64,000 bases of DNA from an uncultured delta proteobacterium. Lineage in GTDB: Bacteria > Desulfobacterota > DSM-4660 > Desulfatiglandales > Desulfatiglandaceae. Of the stretch, positions 58,021 to 64,000 are shown piece by piece (positions within the stretch are counted from its first letter, which is position 1; the number at the start of each line of letters is the position of its first letter). The stretch covers positions 506 through 64,505 of the forward strand of contig CAVVEP010000018.1 in assembly GCA_963747015.1 (NCBI GenBank), given 5' to 3'. A program made the translations under genes and the position numbers. The notes under the pieces are model-generated. The model searched no databases and was not told where the DNA came from. It was given only the letters and a program-made list of their open reading frames with translations.

Positions 58021-58704
58021 ATGAATCTATTATTTGATTTGGATGGCACACTGACGGACCCTTTCCCGGGTATCACAAAATGCATTACCTATGCGTTGGA
58101 TAGGCTCGGCCAAGAATTACCGCCCAGGGAGAGTCTGGGATGGTGTATCGGCCCTCCCTTGAAAAACAGCTTTGCCAAACTCCTTTCCTCTGACGACGGC
58201 GCACTTCGTCAAAAGGCCCTGGCCTTTTATCGTGAACGGTTCGGATCGGTTGGTCTATTTGAAAACGAAGTCTACGACGGTATTCCCGCAGCGCTGGAGG
58301 ATCTGCTTGAAAATGGCCATTCGCTCTATGTGGCCACATCCAAACCCGCGGTTTATGCCGAGCGGATTATGGACCATTTTGGTTTGGGGCGCTACTTTAA
58401 TGGCATCTATGGGAGCGAACTTGACGGGACCCGTAATGATAAGACGAGCCTGATATCTTATCTCCTGAAAAAAGAATCGATCGCCCCATCCGAGGCATCC
58501 ATGATCGGGGATCGCGAGTATGATATGATCGGTGCAAGAGAAAATGGTGTGTGCGGCTTCGGGGTGCTTTGGGGGTACGGAACAAAGGAAGAATTGGAGC
58601 ATTCGGGCGCACGCGCCTTGATCGCGACCCCTGAAGCGCTGGTCGCCGCATTCAACGGAAAATCGGGTCCGCCGCAAAGGGTTTGTCTCAAAGGAGAGCG
58701 ATGA
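58021..58704 (+). CDS. HAD-superfamily hydrolase (phosphoglycolate phosphatase-like, subfamily IA)
   Basis: LLFDLDGTLTD motif I, and the VATSK and GDREYD motifs. Confidence 0.85.
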   Translation: MNLLFDLDGTLTDPFPGITKCITYALDRLGQELPPRESLGWCIGPPLKNSFAKLLSSDDGALRQKALAFYRERFGSVGLFENEVYDGIPAALEDLLENGHSLYVATSKPAVYAERIMDHFGLGRYFNGIYGSELDGTRNDKTSLISYLLKKESIAPSEASMIGDREYDMIGARENGVCGFGVLWGYGTKEELEHSGARALIATPEALVAAFNGKSGPPQRVCLKGER

Positions 58705-59345
58705 TGAATCTGAAGCTTCGCGATGCCGGGACCACCGACGCCCGGTTTCTTGCCTGGCTCATATTGACCGCCGGGAGGGCGCACGTGAAACGAGGGATAT
58801 GGGAAGTGGTCCTTGGTCTGCCCGAAGAGGACTGTTTGAGGTTTCTGGAGGCTCTGGCGATTACCAAGACCCCCCATTTGTTTCATCATTCCTGTTATCT
58901 GCTGGCAGTGACCGAATCAGGCCCCGTATCCGGGCTGGGCGGTTATGACCCGGATCTCCTGGGTTACCCAAGACTCATGGAGGCGTTGCCCGAAGTGTAC
59001 GGGAAACTGAAAAAGGTCTCCCCAAAAGGAATGGCCGGAGGGGAACCCCCAAGGATCACGGCCTGCATTCCACCCGCGGTCGAAGGGGCATGGACCATTG
59101 ACAGTGTGGCGACCCTTCCCGCATATCGCAGAAAAGGAATCGTGGACAGGTTGTTAGACAAGGTGCTCGACCTGGGACGGGAGAAGGGGTATCGCCAGGC
59201 GCAGATTTCCATCTACATGGGCAATACCCCGGCACAGCGTGCCTATGAGAAACATGGTTTCAGGCTGCTGGATGAATGGCCCGACCCGTACTTTGAAAAG
59301 GAAATCGGGTCCCCCGGCATGGCCCGTTTGATCCGTGATCTTTGA
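58701..59345 (+). CDS. GNAT-family N-acetyltransferase
   Basis: An AYRRKGIVDRLLDKVLDLGREKG acetyl-CoA-binding (Q/RxxGxG/A-like) region and an AQRAYEKHGF motif. The start ATG 58701 overlaps the HAD stop. Confidence 0.8.
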   Translation: MMNLKLRDAGTTDARFLAWLILTAGRAHVKRGIWEVVLGLPEEDCLRFLEALAITKTPHLFHHSCYLLAVTESGPVSGLGGYDPDLLGYPRLMEALPEVYGKLKKVSPKGMAGGEPPRITACIPPAVEGAWTIDSVATLPAYRRKGIVDRLLDKVLDLGREKGYRQAQISIYMGNTPAQRAYEKHGFRLLDEWPDPYFEKEIGSPGMARLIRDL

Positions 59346-59619
59346 GGAAAACTCATCTCTTTTCCCCGTGTCGATTCCGAAACCAGGATGTGGGGTCTTT
59401 TTATGGAAAAGGCAGTTTTTAAGAAATATCAGAAAACTCTGTAGGATGTGTGAGATGTGGGGAATGGGAACGTAGGGGACATTTTGACTTACTGTATTCG
59501 GGGCGCTAAAAGCAGCAGATGACAGGTCAATCAAGAATAGATGCGTATACCCATTTTTGCACAGAACGCCAAACTGCCGGCGCCTGTGAAAAACCCGTTA
59601 GTGCTTTAGGAGAAATGAA

Positions 59620-60009
59620 ATGCCACTGGTCACTGTGACGATGATAAAAGGAAAATCAAAGGATTTTAGAAAATCGATATTGAATGTTGTGCACTCTTCA
59701 TTGGTAACAGCTTTCAAAATCCCCGACAATGATCGAAATCAACGGATTGTCGAGATCGATCCGGATAATTATGAATTTCCTTCAGGAAGATCTGATAATT
59801 ATCTGACCATCGAGATGACAGTTTTTCCTGGTAGATCAATCAATGCAAAGAGAACTCTCTATAAAGAAATCGTGACCGGGCTCGAAGCATTAGGAATACC
59901 CAGCGATGATATTCTCATAGTACTTAAAGAGCCTCCACTTCATAATTGGGGAATCCGAGGTGGATATCCTGCTAATGAAGTAGATATAGGTTTCAAACTT
60001 GATGTATAA
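59620..60009 (+). CDS. Tautomerase-superfamily protein (4-oxalocrotonate tautomerase-like, ~129-aa type)
   Basis: The MPLVTVTM start, with Pro1 after Met removal, is the tautomerase hallmark. The size fits the long tautomerase subgroup. Confidence 0.65.
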   Translation: MPLVTVTMIKGKSKDFRKSILNVVHSSLVTAFKIPDNDRNQRIVEIDPDNYEFPSGRSDNYLTIEMTVFPGRSINAKRTLYKEIVTGLEALGIPSDDILIVLKEPPLHNWGIRGGYPANEVDIGFKLDV

Positions 60010-60271
60010 ACACTGACCAGGGCTGTTGACGGACTCGATTCCCTTGCCCAAAGCCCCCCGTTATTCGCGACGCCAGTGAACGAATTCGGCCTTGTTTCAA
60101 TTTACAAACCGAGCCTCATACTTGATCCTTTCATATAAATTCCACCTTTCATTTTTCCGCTTGACGTGGTACTGTTCGCCCCTGTTTTGACGATGGATCA
60201 ACTGATTAGACAAACAAAATTGAACCACCAGCCGGAAACGGTTGCGAAAATGGATGGAACAAGGAGCGTAC

Positions 60272-60896
60272 ATGGGCCTCATATCCGGATCCGGGAGCTT
60301 TACCCGGTATATTGTGGAAGGCGAGCTGGAAGATAATTTTTTGGGAACCCTGTTTGAAAGGATTTCCCCATACCTCTTTCGGGATCTGGACGAAAACTCC
60401 CTGGAAGGACGCAGCATGGGGTGGGTGAACATCATGGACATGTTTGATAGCCGATTTTCGGCCCTCGAATTTTTGAAGGAGCCGTACATTGCCATGACTC
60501 TGCGGATTGATGAAAGAAAAGTTCCGCCCTACGGCATTGAGGCAGCACTGCCTTGAAGCGGAGAACCGGATTAAAAAGGAAGAGAACCTGGATTTTCTCT
60601 CAAGGACAAGACGATCGGAGATCAAGGAGGCCGTCCAGATGCGTCTCCTCAAAAGGGCCATTCCCGTTGCCAGGACCTATGACATGATCTGGAATTATTC
60701 CACCGGTTTTGTTCTGTTCGGCGGCATCAACAACAAACTGTGCGACGAATTCGCGAAGCTTTTTCTTCAGACATTCGATTTGCATCTCCAGGCGGTCTGC
60801 CCCTACACCCTTGGCAGCCGGTTTCTGGAAAAAGAAGGAACCTCTCCCGAACTCCTCGACTCCCTCACCCCTTCTGACTTTACGGAGGAAAATTAG
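60272..60896 (+). CDS. RdgC-family (recombination-associated) protein. One frame break at ~60530.
   Basis: AAGGAG RBS at 60261-60266. SMGWV, RIDERKVP | TALRQ..., and SRTRRSEIKEAVQMRLLKRAIPVARTYDMIW parallel the E. coli RdgC layout (MGWV, RKEEKILP, ..KDEVLHSLLPRAF..MMWID). Confidence 0.6.
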
Positions 60897-60898
60897 GT

Positions 60899-61423
60899 AT
60901 GCAACTGCTGGAAAAAGTAACAAAGACGGAATTTCTTGGAAGGGAGTTTTTGGCCTGGCTGTGGTTCAGGGCGGAAACAGAGCAGGGCGTTTACGACCTT
61001 TCAGAAGGTGCGAAAGCGGATCTCTGGCTTGATGGCCGCATAACGCTTCAGGGAGAAAACGAAAGAGGGGTGGAAACCATCACCTGCACAGGGGAAGCCC
61101 AGAACATGAAAGAAGCCCGTTTTGCCTTGGCCGAAAGCAAAGGAATCACGCAGGCCATGATCAAACTGGGTATCGGCGACAATCAATGGTCCTTCACCCT
61201 TGATTCCACCTGGATGAATTTCAGGACACTCAAGACACCCCGAGTCATGCAGGACAAGAAAGACGACCCGGATGGCCTTTTCTACGAAAAAATTTTCCTC
61301 ATTGAAGAGGCCGTGGCCGCCATGGATGAAATCTATGCCTATTTCGTGAAATTGCGGTTTTCCCCGGAATGGAACGACCAGGAATTACCCGCACTCAAAA
61401 AATGGATCGGAGAAGGAAAGTAA
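60899..61423 (+). CDS. Hypothetical protein, possibly a second RdgC-like module
   Basis: The start follows the previous stop by 2 nt. FLGREFLAWLWFRAE N-terminus. No firm family assignment. Confidence 0.4.
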   Translation: MQLLEKVTKTEFLGREFLAWLWFRAETEQGVYDLSEGAKADLWLDGRITLQGENERGVETITCTGEAQNMKEARFALAESKGITQAMIKLGIGDNQWSFTLDSTWMNFRTLKTPRVMQDKKDDPDGLFYEKIFLIEEAVAAMDEIYAYFVKLRFSPEWNDQELPALKKWIGEGK

Positions 61424-61632
61424 TGGAGATTTTCCGGCGCGGCGACGAAATCGCGCTTCGTAAACCATAAGAAAAAGTAATCTCTTGACCTCAAATCGAC
61501 CCATCGAAAATTGGAGCAAGCTACCCAGGGACAATGCCGACATTTCGTTGAGGCTGATTTCTTGGGGTATACTGAAGATATGTCAACTCAGTGAAAGAAT
61601 AAGACACCATTCGGATAACCCCTTAATCTGGG

Positions 61633-61947
61633 TTACCGGGATGAAAACCATTGGGAACAAGGTTCAATACAATGGCAATGCACTCTCAAGCCCGGATGCC
61701 GAAAGTGATTGGTTTTTCTCCTTTCCGCTAGGCTTTTTTTTTGATACTTAAATGAAACATTGACCTTGGCCCTGTAACTCTTTGCCTTACCGTCCTGTAC
61801 GGTCATATCCAATTGGGTGACTTCGGCAACCCTCAAATCCCTTACGGTCTCCGCAGCGGTTTCCACCGCCAATTTAGCAGCCTCTTCCCAAGATTCATCA
61901 CTTGTTCCAATCAACTCTATTATGTTATATGTACTTCCTTTTGCCAT
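61633..61947 (-). CDS. Dodecin-family flavin-binding protein with an atypical ~35-aa C-terminal extension
   Basis: MAKGSTYNIIELIGTSDESWEEAAKLAVETAAETVRDLRVAEVTQLDMTVQDGKAKSYRAKVNVSFKY matches the ~68-aa dodecin fold. The tail QKKSLAERRK... is low-quality sequence, suggesting a lost stop or an indel. Confidence 0.65.
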   Translation of the reverse strand: MAKGSTYNIIELIGTSDESWEEAAKLAVETAAETVRDLRVAEVTQLDMTVQDGKAKSYRAKVNVSFKYQKKSLAERRKTNHFRHPGLRVHCHCIEPCSQWFSSR

Positions 61948-62279
61948 GACCTTCCTCCTTTCGCCTTTTTTTATTTATGCCGATATTTCCAAATGCTGAC
62001 CACCTTATGAATGATAATACAGCAAAATGGTTTATTTAACCAATTTTTTTATGCGCGCCAGCGTTTTTCATGATAAACTCTCATAAGAGATGTTTAGATA
62101 GATCGGTTCAAGATGGTTATCAGGGCGAAGGTTTTCTAAACCCTCACCCCGAATCGATTGGATTACGCATACAGGTTCTCTATCCATCCCATGGCTTCCG
62201 TCAAGGATTCAGGATGCAAGAATGCTCAACTATAACTCAATAAGTCTTTCCCATCCTTTCGAATTCGGAGGTCCTTCGA

Positions 62280-64000
62280 ATGGCCCAAAAACCAACCTAT
62301 GAAGAACTGGAGCAGCGGGTCCGGGAATTAGAGAAAGCGGGATTCGAGAGCCAACTGGAGAAGAAGGCGTTGCACGAGCAGGTGGTGCATCACAGGGTTC
62401 TCATGGACGGAAGTCTTGACGGCATAGCAATCATCGATCAGAAACACAGGGTTGTTGAGTCCAACAAGCGTTTTGCAGAGATGCTGGGCTATACTCCGGA
62501 AGAGGTGGTGCATCTGCATACATGGGACTGGGAAGCTAAAATGACTGAGGCAGAGATTCGTTCTAATTTCGCGGACCTTACCAAAACCAAAACGACATTT
62601 GAAACGGTCCATCGCCTCAAAGATGGCACGATCTATGATGCAGAGGTAACCGCATGCGGGGCAAAATTTGGTGATGAATCCATGGTCTTGACCATAACCC
62701 GCGACATCACCGAGCGCAAGCAGTCGGAGGAAGCGCTGAGAAATAGTGAAGCGTTAAAAAATGCAATAATTGAAAGCAGTCCTGATTGTATCAAACTGCT
62801 CGATTTAGAAGGAAACCTAACGTATATGAACAAGGGAGGGCAGGAGAAGCTCGAAATTAAAGACATTACGGTTTATCTCAACAAAAAAAACTGGACTGAT
62901 TTTTGGCGGGGCAAAGACGATATCAAGGCACGAATGGCACTTGATACAGCGGTCAAAGGTGCCATTGGAAACTTCCAAGGTTATTCACCAACGGAAACAG
63001 GTACACCACGATTGTGGGATGTGATTATTAGCCCCATTTGGGGCTCTAATGGTGAAGTCGAACGGCTCTTAGCCGTTTCAAGGGATATTACCGAACAGAA
63101 ACAGATGGCAGATCACCTTCTGCAGGCGCAAAAAATGGAAGCCATCGGGACCCTTGCAGGCGGTATTGCCCATGATTACAACAATCTTTTAGCCATTATC
63201 ATGGGGAACCTCTCCATGGCCCAAGAGGAAATTGAGTCCCATTCAGCCATGGCAGACCTCCTCCACGAAATTGAACAGGCCTCCTGCAAGGCAAGGGACC
63301 TGACCCATCAATTTCTTACCCTTTCCCAGGGAGGGTACCCCAGGAAAGAATGGGGTTCTATCGAGAGTTTGCTAAAGGCGGTCCGGGGACAGGCCCAGGC
63401 GTACGAAGGCATCGAATATACCCTTTCCATCCAGGATGATCTCTGGCCGGTTGAATTTGATTCAATACAGATGCATTACGCCATAAGCAATGTGCTTACA
63501 AATGCCGTGGAGGCCATGCCCCAGGGCGGGAAAATCGCTATTGAGACGAAAAACCAGGTTATTGAGGACAAAAGCAAAGACTCCACATCGCCTCTCGACG
63601 AAGGGAAATATGTGAAGATCTCCATCAAAGATGAGGGGAGAGGCATTCCAGAAAAACATTTGAACAGAATCTTTGATCCCTATTTTTCTACAAAGGAACG
63701 AGGGGTCCAAAAGGGAGTGGGGCTGGGTTTGGCGACGGCCTATGCGATTGTTGAAAAACATGGTGGCCATATCATGTTGAATTCCACAACCGGTGTGGGA
63801 ACAACCGCAACCATCTACCTGCCGGTTGCAGTGGAAAGACGAAAAAGACAAAGGGCAAAGCATAAAAGTGTCGATATTGCACCTTCGATCAGCAGTGGTC
63901 AACTAACAACCAAAAGAATTCTGGTCATGGACGATGAGGAAAGCCTGAGAATCCTGGCTCAAAAGATGTTGGAGCGGTTGGGGTATGAAGTAGAGACCGT
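62280..64000 (+). CDS. Hybrid sensor kinase (coiled coil, 2x PAS, HisKA, HATPase, start of a receiver). Partial; runs off the right edge.
   Basis: ATG 62280 (MAQKPTYEELEQRV...). PAS segments (DGIAIIDQKHRVVESNKRFAEMLGY; SPDCIKLLDLEGNLTYMN). H-box GGIAHDYNNLL. HATPase GVGLGLATAY. Then ILVMDDEESLR, the start of the receiver. The frame is open to the window end. Confidence 0.85.
   Translation, partial: MAQKPTYEELEQRVRELEKAGFESQLEKKALHEQVVHHRVLMDGSLDGIAIIDQKHRVVESNKRFAEMLGYTPEEVVHLHTWDWEAKMTEAEIRSNFADLTKTKTTFETVHRLKDGTIYDAEVTACGAKFGDESMVLTITRDITERKQSEEALRNSEALKNAIIESSPDCIKLLDLEGNLTYMNKGGQEKLEIKDITVYLNKKNWTDFWRGKDDIKARMALDTAVKGAIGNFQGYSPTETGTPRLWDVIISPIWGSNGEVERLLAVSRDITEQKQMADHLLQAQKMEAIGTLAGGIAHDYNNLLAIIMGNLSMAQEEIESHSAMADLLHEIEQASCKARDLTHQFLTLSQGGYPRKEWGSIESLLKAVRGQAQAYEGIEYTLSIQDDLWPVEFDSIQMHYAISNVLTNAVEAMPQGGKIAIETKNQVIEDKSKDSTSPLDEGKYVKISIKDEGRGIPEKHLNRIFDPYFSTKERGVQKGVGLGLATAYAIVEKHGGHIMLNSTTGVGTTATIYLPVAVERRKRQRAKHKSVDIAPSISSGQLTTKRILVMDDEESLRILAQKMLERLGYEVET

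Overview
This 64-kb window reads as chromosomal DNA from a strictly anaerobic Desulfobacterota-type bacterium (Syntrophus/Smithella-like by gene content), with roughly 50% GC by eye.

Gene content, left to right:
1. A polysaccharide-modification block (GT2, MBOAT/AlgI-like, AlgJ/X-like) followed by an RND pump.
2. A four-subunit 2-oxoacid:ferredoxin oxidoreductase operon behind a near-consensus sigma70 promoter. It runs straight into three Hdr-type genes: a giant HdrL-like HdrA+GltD flavoprotein, an MvhD-HdrC-HdrB fusion, and a selenocysteine HdrA-MvhD fusion.
3. A minus-strand aromatic acyl-CoA module (4-hydroxybenzoyl-CoA-reductase-like FAD, 2Fe-2S and Mo subunits, an SDR and a crotonase), divergent from an acyl-CoA ligase and an IclR regulator.
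4. An IS1634-like element sitting against a 5'-truncated IS4-type transposase.
5. A three-gene His-Asp phosphorelay.
6. Transporters, a tartrate-dehydrogenase-like gene and a processive GT2 synthase.
7. An AAA+ (CbbQ/NorQ-like) operon with a 607-aa partner that has no VWA domain, a YchJ protein and a Cys4/Lys-rich miniprotein.
8. A mosaic island of about 6 kb holding a GT1, a Kelch secreted protein, three decayed RAYT/IS200-like genes and a structured-RNA-like fragment.
9. Small enzymes, an RdgC-like pair, a dodecin and a hybrid PAS kinase that runs off the right edge.

The most notable non-genic signal is an unannotated ~232-bp nested-palindrome repeat family. It has 3 full copies and 1 partial copy, and its stems carry compensatory substitutions.

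Major caveat: I count roughly 25-30 reading-frame breaks in otherwise well-conserved genes. Many apparent pseudogenes may therefore be assembly indels rather than biology.
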